A stretch of 64,000 nucleotides of DNA, taken from Candidatus Latescibacterota bacterium. Its GTDB lineage: Bacteria; Latescibacterota; UBA2968; UBA8231. A program made the translations under genes and the position numbers. Below, piece by piece: positions 10,053 to 18,230 of the stretch (positions are counted from its first letter, which is position 1; each line of letters opens with the position of its first letter). The notes beneath the pieces are model-generated. The model was not told the origin of the DNA and did not search any database. It worked only from the letters and a program-made list of their open reading frames with translations. Location: NCBI GenBank assembly GCA_965204725.1, contig OZ242005.1, positions 2,848,001 through 2,912,000 on the forward strand. Reading direction: 5' to 3'.

Positions 10053-11813
10053 CTACCAATCCACAAAGACGGCCACTTGGTCTTTGTACTGATCTCGCAA
10101 CTGGCCGATAAACGCGCCGATTCGCTCGTTTTCTCGCTGGCGGCGCAAGCTGGCGGCCACCCGGGGGTGCGCCTCGGCAAAGGGCTGGATCTGGCCGCCC
10201 TCTCGCCGCAGCACCCGGAACACCGCGTACCCGTCCATGCTCTCTAGCGGGCCGACGAGTGTCCCAACCTCAGCAGCAAAGGCCGCTCGCACCAGCTCGG
10301 GATAGCGCGGCTCATACAGGCGCAGCAGGCGCGTCTCCGAGCCGTGCTCGCGCACCCCGTGCCCTTCAATGCCAACGTGCGAGCGCACCCCGGGCCGGTC
10401 GAGCAGGTCGGCGATGGACACGCCAGCCTCCAACTCGGCGCGCAAAGCCGCCGCATCCGCTCGCTCAGCGGTCCACAGCTCGTGGACGACCACGGCCTCT
10501 TGGGTGCGGTAGCGGTCCTTGTGGGCCTCGTAATGTGCTCTGATCTCGTCCTCGCTCGGCGCGGCCCCAGCGGTGGCCCGTTGGAAGAGCTGATTGAGGA
10601 TCAGGGCACGACGCTGGTGTGCGCGCCATTCGACAAAAGCCGCCTCCGCGGTCCAGCCGCGCTGACGCGCCTCGGCCTCAAAAAGCCGCACCGGCAGCAG
10701 CAAACGCCCGATTCGCTCGGCGGCCTCGTCCGGCAACAGGCCCTGCGCTCCAACCGCCTGTAGGCTGCCCAGCCCCTCGGCCACGCTGATGACGCCGCCC
10801 TCATACACGTAGAAGGGATGGCTCAGTTCATCCGCCGTCAGGGGTTGGTCTGAGTGCCGGAGCAAAATGGCCTCGCCCGCTGGATCTTTCCGCACATCGT
10901 AGCGCAGGAGGAGGCGTTCAAACTCCTCTTCTTCCTTTTCTCGTATCCGCTCCTTGCGGAGCTGCTCGGCGACTTCCGTGCTGTAATCGGCAAGCGCGGC
11001 CGGGCGATCCTCAATAAAGCGAAAGACCTGATAGCCGCCGGCCAGCGCGACCGGCTCCGCGACCTGTCCAGCGGGCAAACCCGCAAAGATGGAGGGCGGG
11101 ATGGAGAACCGCCGCATGGCCTGCGTGCGCCCGATCCAGCCAACCACCCCGTCTTGCTGCGAGGCGAAGAGATCGTTGGCGGCAAAGCGGGCGGCTACTT
11201 GCTCAAAAGGCTGGCCGGCGCGCAGGTCGCGCCCAACCGCTGCTAGCTCCTCGCGGGTGCGCACCAAGATGCGACTGAAGAGCCGCTCGCGGTCAAACCC
11301 CATCTCGGCGAAGGCGCGCTCGACCTCTTCGGCTGTGATCGCCACCTGCGGCAGAATGACTTGGGCGCGATAGTGTTCTACGAGGCGTTGCCGCACCATT
11401 TCGCGGAGCGGGCGCTCAACCGCCGAGCTGGTGTCGATTCCAAGGGCGCGGGCCTCGGCGAACATCAGCTCTTCGTCGATCATCGACTGCAAGTGTTCCC
11501 GGTCGGCGGCCCGCCCTTCTTGGGGACTGCGCAACCCCGGCGGCAAGCGCTCGACAAAAGCCGCGAACTCGGCCTGCTCAATTTCCACCTCGCCGACCCG
11601 GGCGATGATGGAATCGTCCTCGCCGCACCCGGCCAGCAACACAGCTAGCACACTGAGAAACCTAAGAAGCGTTCTAAAAATCGGGATTTCAGTCTCTGAT
11701 TTGGCTTGGCTCTTTTCTGGATTCCCGCTTTCGCGGGAATGACGGCTAGAGTCGTCGGGCGAGACTAGGCCAAAAGCAACGTGAGTTTTAAGAACGCTTC
11801 TAAGATAGCGCAT
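10053..11813 (-). CDS. SurA/PrsA-like peptidyl-prolyl isomerase lipoprotein with in-frame MITE in its signal peptide
   Basis: Lipobox LAGC, then IIARVG SurA-N-like region and two degenerate parvulin-like domains (SRILVRT..F.QVA; GPLESMDGYAVFRV). Confidence 0.8.
   Translation of the reverse strand: MRYLRSVLKTHVAFGLVSPDDSSRHSRESGNPEKSQAKSETEIPIFRTLLRFLSVLAVLLAGCGEDDSIIARVGEVEIEQAEFAAFVERLPPGLRSPQEGRAADREHLQSMIDEELMFAEARALGIDTSSAVERPLREMVRQRLVEHYRAQVILPQVAITAEEVERAFAEMGFDRERLFSRILVRTREELAAVGRDLRAGQPFEQVAARFAANDLFASQQDGVVGWIGRTQAMRRFSIPPSIFAGLPAGQVAEPVALAGGYQVFRFIEDRPAALADYSTEVAEQLRKERIREKEEEEFERLLLRYDVRKDPAGEAILLRHSDQPLTADELSHPFYVYEGGVISVAEGLGSLQAVGAQGLLPDEAAERIGRLLLPVRLFEAEARQRGWTAEAAFVEWRAHQRRALILNQLFQRATAGAAPSEDEIRAHYEAHKDRYRTQEAVVVHELWTAERADAAALRAELEAGVSIADLLDRPGVRSHVGIEGHGVREHGSETRLLRLYEPRYPELVRAAFAAEVGTLVGPLESMDGYAVFRVLRREGGQIQPFAEAHPRVAASLRRQRENERIGAFIGQLRDQYKDQVAVFVDW
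11666..11800. mobile_element. 135-bp MITE with terminal inverted repeats, TAA/TTA target duplication and internal ATTCCC-N8-GGGAAT palindrome
   Basis: Left end GAAGCGTTCTAAAAA, right end TTTTAAGAACGCTTC; TAA at 11663-11665 and 11801-11803; core ATTCCCGCTTTCGCGGGAAT at 11721-11740. Confidence 0.85.
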
Positions 11814-11870
11814 CGACTTTCATCTTTCTAGGGCCGGCCTTGCAAGGGGGAATCCGCAAGCGAGCCGCCT

Positions 11871-11899
11871 TTGACCCCAGCCTCTGCTAGGGCTACATT
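11871..11899 (+). promoter_or_regulatory. Putative sigma70 promoter for the substrate-binding protein
   Basis: TTGACC-17 bp-TACATT, about 63 bp upstream of ATG 11963. Confidence 0.45.
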
Positions 11900-11962
11900 C
11901 GCGCCGTCCAGATCATAGAGGGCATTCCCCTATAGTACGGCCGTTTAGATATCGAGCTAAGT

Positions 11963-13699
11963 ATGAGAAAATTCTCGCAAAAGACAAAACTCGTCGCCTT
12001 GGGCTTGCTCGGCGGCTTGGCCCTCGCCGCCTGTGGCTCGGACGAGGGGGCCATAAAGCACGTCCCCCGCAACCGCACCCTCATCCTCGGCCTGCCGCAG
12101 ATGCGGGATTACGACTCGTTCAATCCCTTTATTGTCGGAACTCAATCTCCGGGGTTCGACTACCTGTTTGAGCCGCTCTATTTCTACAACGCGTACGTAG
12201 AAAAAGACCACGTCATACCTTGGATCGCCGAAAGCCACGAGTACAACGCAGACTATACGGAAGTGACGATCCGCATTCGCACGGGGGTGGCGTGGAGCGA
12301 CGGGCGGCCTTGGACCGCCCACGATATCAAGTTCACCGTTGACATGCTCAAGGCCCACGCCCCAGAGCTGGCCTTTTCCACCGACATGGACACTTGGGTC
12401 GCTGCGGTCGAAGTGCCGGATTCGCTGACGGCGCGGTTCGTACTCAAAGCACCCAACCCCCGCTTTGTGTTTTCCTATTTTACCTACAACTTTGGCAACG
12501 GCATCCACATCGTGCCCAAGCACATCTGGGAGGGCGAAGATCCCACCTCGTTCAAAAACCTCGACTTGGCCCTCGGCCTGCCGGTCGTTAGCGGCCCCTA
12601 TCGCTTGGCGCACTCTGGGCCCCAACAGCGGCTCTGGGATCGGCGCGAGGACTGGTGGGCGGCCCAAATCGGCTTTCAGCGGCTGCCGAGCGTGGAGCGG
12701 ATCATCTACCTAACCCAAGGCGACGAGAACAAGTGGGTCCAGCTCATTCTCGCCAACCAGATGGATCAGTGCATTGACTTGCGGCCCTCCAACATTAAGA
12801 CCCTCCTCGACCAAAACCCCAACGTCACCACGTGGTCGGGCCGCCAGCCGCCCTACGGCTATCGGGACTGGTGGCCGCCGGCCCTCGGCTTTAACAACCT
12901 AGAGCCGCCCTTCGACGATCCAGACATTCGCTGGGCCGTAAACCACGCGATTAACCGCGAACAACTCGTGGCCATCGGCTGGCAGGGTGCCGGCGAGTAC
13001 ACCCTTTTGCCGTTCCCCTATTTCCCGCCGCTGATGCACTATATAGACCAAGTTCAGGATTTGCTAGCCAAGTATCCGGTGGGGAAACACGACCTAGCCC
13101 AGACCGCCGTCATCATGGAGCGCAAAGGCTGGCGCAGGGATGCGGAAGGGATGTGGAACCGGGATGGCGAGCGGCTGAAAATTCCGGTCGTAGTCTTTCC
13201 CTCGCTCTTCCAAGACTTCACGCCCGTGCTCGTTGAGCAACTGCGCCGTGCGGGTTTCGACGCCTCCTTCCGCATGTTTTCCGACGCCTATACCCGCATG
13301 ACTCAGGGCACGGCCCGCGCCTTTGTCATGGGCAACGGCGGGTCCGTGCGCGACCCGTACTTCACCCTCCGGTTCTACCACAGCCGCTACATCCAGCCCA
13401 CCGGCACGGCCGCCCAGTACTTTTGGCGCTGGGGCAACGCAGACTTCGACCGCTTGGTCGATCGGATGGGCCAGACCTCGCCGGACGACCCGGCGCTGGT
13501 GCCGCTGTTTCGCCAAGCCCTCGAGATCTGGCTGGCCGAATTGCCCGCCATCCCCCTGCTCCAGTGGTTCCACCGCATCCCCCACAACCAGACCTATTGG
13601 AAAAACTGGCCCTCAGCGGAAAACCCTTACATGAACAGTGCCTATTGGGTGCGCTCGTTCTTGATCGTGCTGTTGGGATTGGAGCCGGCCCAGCCCTGA
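11963..13699 (+). CDS. ABC transporter substrate-binding lipoprotein, family 5 (peptide/oligosaccharide)
   Basis: Lipobox LAAC; EPLYFYN, IRTGVAWSDGRPWTAHDIKFT, DIRWAVNHAINR are SBP_bac_5 motifs. Confidence 0.9.
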   Translation: MRKFSQKTKLVALGLLGGLALAACGSDEGAIKHVPRNRTLILGLPQMRDYDSFNPFIVGTQSPGFDYLFEPLYFYNAYVEKDHVIPWIAESHEYNADYTEVTIRIRTGVAWSDGRPWTAHDIKFTVDMLKAHAPELAFSTDMDTWVAAVEVPDSLTARFVLKAPNPRFVFSYFTYNFGNGIHIVPKHIWEGEDPTSFKNLDLALGLPVVSGPYRLAHSGPQQRLWDRREDWWAAQIGFQRLPSVERIIYLTQGDENKWVQLILANQMDQCIDLRPSNIKTLLDQNPNVTTWSGRQPPYGYRDWWPPALGFNNLEPPFDDPDIRWAVNHAINREQLVAIGWQGAGEYTLLPFPYFPPLMHYIDQVQDLLAKYPVGKHDLAQTAVIMERKGWRRDAEGMWNRDGERLKIPVVVFPSLFQDFTPVLVEQLRRAGFDASFRMFSDAYTRMTQGTARAFVMGNGGSVRDPYFTLRFYHSRYIQPTGTAAQYFWRWGNADFDRLVDRMGQTSPDDPALVPLFRQALEIWLAELPAIPLLQWFHRIPHNQTYWKNWPSAENPYMNSAYWVRSFLIVLLGLEPAQP

Positions 13700-13807
13700 G
13701 GCTGCTCTCAATTCAATAGCGACTTGAGAAACCGATGGGAGAGTAATCAGGATTTTGGGGTGGGCATAACGCTCTGGAGCGTCGTAGAGAGGTCTCAACG
13801 CTGTGAA

Positions 13808-14008
13808 TCATTCTAAATTCAATCTCGAATTTTTTAATAGTTTTCCGAGTGTTCCTTTTTTTAAGCTCCTGTTTCCGTGTACTGGTACTGTTAATATTTC
13901 CTCTCTGTCCGATTTTGTATAAATGTGATGACTGCCGCGAATGCGTTGCAGTATCCAACCATTCCGCTCCAACAGTTTACAAAAATTTTTCCCTGAGATC
14001 GCCTTCAC
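13808..14008 (-). CDS. hicA: HicA family toxin
   Basis: 66 aa; LERNGW..RIRGSHHIY..VPVHG..LKKGTL; low GC. Confidence 0.9.
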   Translation of the reverse strand: MKAISGKNFCKLLERNGWILQRIRGSHHIYTKSDREEILTVPVHGNRSLKKGTLGKLLKNSRLNLE

Positions 14009-14208
14009 AATTCCATTTCTACGAGGCGCACTTTTTCAATGGATTGATGCCTTTCAGACGCTGTTTCCAGCCAACCCAATGCGGCCTCTTTAATGTTCGT
14101 CAAGGTCTCGTCGAGTGTTTCGCCTTCTGATACACATCCTCGTAAAGCCGGCACTTCTGCCCAGTATCCACCTTCTTCGGCTTCATAAAGCAAAATTTTC
14201 AACTTCAT
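14005..14208 (-). CDS. hicB: HicB family antitoxin (short, no DNA-binding domain)
   Basis: 67 aa; EEGGYWAEVPALRGCVSEGETLDE; overlaps hicA start by 4 nt. Confidence 0.9.
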   Translation of the reverse strand: MKLKILLYEAEEGGYWAEVPALRGCVSEGETLDETLTNIKEAALGWLETASERHQSIEKVRLVEMEL

Positions 14209-14257
14209 ATCGAACTCCTAACGCCATTTATTCTGGGTGAGAAATGAACTGTTGGGC

Positions 14258-14286
14258 AACATAGCCGAAATTCAAAAGGGCGTCAA
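14258..14286 (-). promoter_or_regulatory. Putative sigma70 promoter of hicBA
   Basis: Minus strand TTGACG-17 bp-TATGTT, 50 bp upstream of hicB. Confidence 0.45.
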
Positions 14287-14337
14287 CAAACACTGGCTAC
14301 CATCCGGGCCAAAAGCCAGTGTCCCGCCGAGTGGTTT

Positions 14338-16296
14338 TCAAAACATCCGAATCCTGTTCCCGGTCATGCCCGTAAATCCATCGACGACCATCCAGAATCC
14401 TCCGGCGACGAACTGCCCCAACACCATGCCGAGGAAAAACCACCGCGTCGCTTTGTAGCCATTTGGGCCGATATACTTGAGCACGAGGGCCTTGACCAGC
14501 CACGCGAGGAAGATGCTGAACCAGACGCTGTTGAGGATCCAAGTGCCGCTGGCCAGATAGCCCAGCGGATGGAAGGGCCACCACAAAAGGTGATGCCGCG
14601 CCCAGATCAACGAAGCCATAATCACCGCGCCGACCCCGTTCCACAACCAGCCATTCCAGTTGGGGCCGATCGGATTGAGGGCGAAGTTTTGGGCGACGCG
14701 AAACGGCTCCTTGGCAAACCACGCCCACGAGCCGTGATAGTTGTTCGCGCCGTAGTGGTAGCTCAGGACGAGAATCGTACCAACCCCGCCCACGAGGCCA
14801 ATGGCCATGGCCAGCCCAATCATCGCGAGGATGCGGTGCTTGTAGCGGCTCAGGCCGTGCAACATGCGAATGCCGTTGGCACAGGGGGCCATCATAAAGA
14901 CCAGCAGGTCGCCGGCCCAAGCGAGGGTCATGCCCGTGGCCAGCACCCCGGCCGTCCCGAGCGAGGAGGACCCGACGCTGGAGATGAGAAAGCCACAGCC
15001 CGACATGCCTTGGACGGCCGCGGCCAAGCCGGCTTCGACGATCATCCGCGTCAGGGCCAAAAAGATGACAAACGCCCCGAACAGATAGACGAAAACGGCC
15101 CACAGCGGCAGGCCCGAGCGCCACAGCCACACCGCCATGACGGCAAGGCCCAACGCGACGCCGAGGACCGCCGTGCGGTACGACAGCAGCTCCTCGCCGT
15201 CGGATCGGCCTTCCCGCCGCCAGAGGTGCTGCACAACGCGCCCTATATGGCCGCGCGCCGTCCACAGCCCCAAAAGCACCATGACGATCATGGCGCCCAT
15301 GGTCTGGTGGCTCAGCAGCCCCATGGTCGGCCCCTCAAAGGTGTGGCTGAAGATGTCGAGGTTTTCGGTGCTCAAGATGCCGATGCGCGTGAAGAGCACC
15401 TCCTCTGCTTTGACCAACAAGTAGAAGAACCACAGGCTAAAGGTGATGTTGGCATGGACCAAATAGGCCAGTCCCATCCACATGCAGTCGAAGCGCAGGT
15501 AAAACCGCACCGCGTCGTGGGCCAGCGGCAACGAGTGCGTAAAGTGGATGCGGCCGATGAACTCGTAGTAGTGGCTCAAGGCGTTGATCCCGTGCAGGAC
15601 AAACGGCACGGCTAGCCCCAGCCACATTGAGGGGTTCTTGAGGAAGGGCTTGACGGGCGCGGCCGTCGCCCCGTCCTCGACCATGCCCAGCGGCACCTGC
15701 GTTAGCGGGTAGAGCAGCCGCTCGTGGTCCATCCACTGCCGCCGCAAGATGACCATCGCGCACACGACGACCACGTAGAACGCAGCCATGAACAGGAGCC
15801 ACCACAAAAGCGGCTCCAGCCAAACGCCCCAAGGGATGGCCGCGCCCGCTGGCAGGCCCTCGTAAAAACCGCGCATGGCCTGAGCATCGTAGGGAATGAG
15901 CCAAGTGGGAAGGTGGGGCAGGAGCAGCTCCTCCCAGTTGTTTTCCGGCGTCGCAAAGTAGAAGACGCCGGTCAAAATCGGCACGGCAATGCTGACAAAA
16001 CCCCGTGCGGCAATGGCGGTGGTAATCATCATCATCACCGCGATGCTCAACAGCTCGGCGCGGCTGAAAAGCCAACTCGGCCGCACGAGGCCGAGCAGCG
16101 GCTGCACGAGGGCCACGAGCAAAAAGAGCAAGAAAAAGGCGGCTGGCGTCGAGGAATTCAGCCCGAGTTGGGTGCCGTTGAGGACGAATTCTCCGTATGG
16201 CAGGCCCACGGCAATCACACTGCACAGCACGGCCCCCACGAGCATGGCGCGCCCGCTGATTCCGGCGCGAGCCGCGGGTTTTTTCGAGGCGTTCAC
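14338..16296 (-). CDS. Polytopic membrane protein, DUF6785/DUF6784-like putative (peptide) transporter
   Basis: ~650 aa with many TM segments; LRRQWMDHERLLYPL, WWPFHPLGY and FFLGMVLGQF motifs; start uncertain (GTG 16296; track ORF to 16380). Confidence 0.7.
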   Translation of the reverse strand: MNASKKPAARAGISGRAMLVGAVLCSVIAVGLPYGEFVLNGTQLGLNSSTPAAFFLLFLLVALVQPLLGLVRPSWLFSRAELLSIAVMMMITTAIAARGFVSIAVPILTGVFYFATPENNWEELLLPHLPTWLIPYDAQAMRGFYEGLPAGAAIPWGVWLEPLLWWLLFMAAFYVVVVCAMVILRRQWMDHERLLYPLTQVPLGMVEDGATAAPVKPFLKNPSMWLGLAVPFVLHGINALSHYYEFIGRIHFTHSLPLAHDAVRFYLRFDCMWMGLAYLVHANITFSLWFFYLLVKAEEVLFTRIGILSTENLDIFSHTFEGPTMGLLSHQTMGAMIVMVLLGLWTARGHIGRVVQHLWRREGRSDGEELLSYRTAVLGVALGLAVMAVWLWRSGLPLWAVFVYLFGAFVIFLALTRMIVEAGLAAAVQGMSGCGFLISSVGSSSLGTAGVLATGMTLAWAGDLLVFMMAPCANGIRMLHGLSRYKHRILAMIGLAMAIGLVGGVGTILVLSYHYGANNYHGSWAWFAKEPFRVAQNFALNPIGPNWNGWLWNGVGAVIMASLIWARHHLLWWPFHPLGYLASGTWILNSVWFSIFLAWLVKALVLKYIGPNGYKATRWFFLGMVLGQFVAGGFWMVVDGFTGMTGNRIRMF

Positions 16297-16484
16297 TTGC
16301 CAATTCCTTGCCAAATTTTCGGATTCTGACGGCCGTTCAAGTATGTCTCTTGGCTGGCTCCGTGTCCACCTAGGCCCCAAGTCGCAGTACTATTGTAATA
16401 TGTAGGGGGCAGTTGTATATTTGGCCCCGACCCATCAGCTTGCAAAGGTTGCAAGTTCGCTCAGACCACTGAAAGGAGAGCAGC

Positions 16485-17420
16485 ATGAAGTTACTGATCG
16501 CCTGCGGCTTTAGCCTAGCCCTAATCGGCGCGGCAAACGCCCAGTTCAACGATCCACCGGCCCTCGAAAATCGCAACGGCCGGCTCGGCTTTGAGTTTTA
16601 CATGCTCGAAGTGCCCGACCCCAGCGCCATGACGGCCGATGCCGACGCCAGCGACTGGGGCTGGTTCGACCCTGAGTACATCCTCACTATGGACGAGTGG
16701 CGCGACGAAGCCGACCGTCCTCTGCCCGAGCGCGACGACTACAACGTCACCACCCTCATGGGCTGGAAGGGCGGCGATGTCAACCGCTGGTACGTCCACA
16801 TGGAAATTGTCGATGACATCCTCTGCCACTGGGGCACCAACGTCGAGCAGTGGCACGCCGACATGATCGAGTTCAGCCTCGACCCGACGGATCACGGCCG
16901 CGAATTTGGCACCGGTTGGGTCATGGAATACATCGCCCGCCCGGGCGACATGGTGCCGCCCCAAAACGTGCGCTATCGCTGGACTCAGGAAGATAAGCCC
17001 CCGGCGTGGCAGGAAAACAACGAGGTCATCGAGTTCGCCGTCCGCGTCGATCCGCCCGAAGCCTGGGCCGCTGAAGTGTGGTCGGCCGGCGGAACCACGT
17101 ATTACGAGTGGAACTACGAGGTCAAGCGGTTCATGGAAGACGGCGGGCCATCGGTCAGCGAGACCTTCCAGTTGGACGAGGTTGCCGGGGAAGACGGCGC
17201 GGGCCTACCGTTCAACCTGTGGGCTGAGGACAGCGAGCCAACAGAGGAAGATGGCGACCGCGCCTCTTCAGTGGTCAACGACATGACCACGCGCGGCCCC
17301 GAAGCCTCGGCGCGGCAGTACTACGCTCATGCTCTGCTGCTGCGCATCGGCGAGTACTCCGCCCAAACGTCCATTGAAGAATCTACTTGGGCGCAGATCA
17401 AGAATTCCTTCCACCGCTAA
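16485..17420 (+). CDS. Secreted acidic protein (possible DOMON/CBM9-like fold) with C-terminal TSIEESTWAQIK tail
   Basis: RBS AAGGAG, signal peptide, acidic and Trp-rich; DADASDW and YVHMEIVDD resemble CBM9-like proteins. Confidence 0.65.
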   Translation: MKLLIACGFSLALIGAANAQFNDPPALENRNGRLGFEFYMLEVPDPSAMTADADASDWGWFDPEYILTMDEWRDEADRPLPERDDYNVTTLMGWKGGDVNRWYVHMEIVDDILCHWGTNVEQWHADMIEFSLDPTDHGREFGTGWVMEYIARPGDMVPPQNVRYRWTQEDKPPAWQENNEVIEFAVRVDPPEAWAAEVWSAGGTTYYEWNYEVKRFMEDGGPSVSETFQLDEVAGEDGAGLPFNLWAEDSEPTEEDGDRASSVVNDMTTRGPEASARQYYAHALLLRIGEYSAQTSIEESTWAQIKNSFHR

Positions 17421-17508
17421 ACCCCTCGGAGCGGCTTCGCGGCCAAACGCGCCGTGGAGCCGCTCCACTTCATACCCAGCGTACCTTCCTCCGTTGCCAA
17501 GACGTACA

Positions 17509-18228
17509 ATGCGCGGATGCCTAGCGATCGCGGTGCTCATCTTCCTCGCAAGCGGCTGCGGGCGCTATTTCCCCCAGCCACTGCGCCCCGCTCCTCAACA
17601 AGCAGAGGGCATGACCATCAACGACGATGGCTCGGTCACCTACGCGCTAGAGCGGCTGGCCATTACCCTCAAGCCCATGACCGACGCCGAACTCAACCGG
17701 CAATTTCCCCAAGCCTCAACCGGCGGGGCCGCGGCCGTCAACCCCTATACCTTTGGCGATTGGGCCGCGCCCGGCGACACTTGGACGCCGCCGCGCTTTT
17801 TGGTGATGAAACTCGGCGTCGCCAACTACCAGTTCCCCAAGGTCGTCATCGATCCCCTCAAGGCCACGATCAAAGCGGCCAACAATCAAACCTACCGCGC
17901 CTTGAGCTACGCCGAGCTGTACGAATACTATCGATCGTATTGGCAGGCCAACTCCGGCCAAGGGCGGCTCGAATTCAGGGCGCGCACCGATATTCTCAAG
18001 CAAACCATGTTTACGGATGACTTCATCTTCAGTGGCCGCGACGAAGAAGGGTACATCGTCTTTCCCCGCTTGGACGACGAAATAAAGCGCGTCCAAGTGG
18101 AAATCGCCGACATCGCCATTCGCTTCAACTTTGAGAACGAACCCGTGGAAACCGTGGACCTCAACGTCTCTTTCGAGCGCGAGGTGCTCAAGGGGCACGC
18201 ACCCCATAGCGCGGTTCCATTGCAATAA
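17509..18228 (+). CDS. Lipoprotein of unknown function
   Basis: ATG 17509 MRGCLAIAVLIFLASGC (lipobox); first gene of a tightly packed run to 24739. Confidence 0.75.
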   Translation: MRGCLAIAVLIFLASGCGRYFPQPLRPAPQQAEGMTINDDGSVTYALERLAITLKPMTDAELNRQFPQASTGGAAAVNPYTFGDWAAPGDTWTPPRFLVMKLGVANYQFPKVVIDPLKATIKAANNQTYRALSYAELYEYYRSYWQANSGQGRLEFRARTDILKQTMFTDDFIFSGRDEEGYIVFPRLDDEIKRVQVEIADIAIRFNFENEPVETVDLNVSFEREVLKGHAPHSAVPLQ

Positions 18229-18230
18229 TC

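Noticed and set aside
13700-13807. Possible repeat or terminator between the binding-protein gene and hicA
   Set aside because: No second copy in the window and no convincing hairpin with a U-tract.
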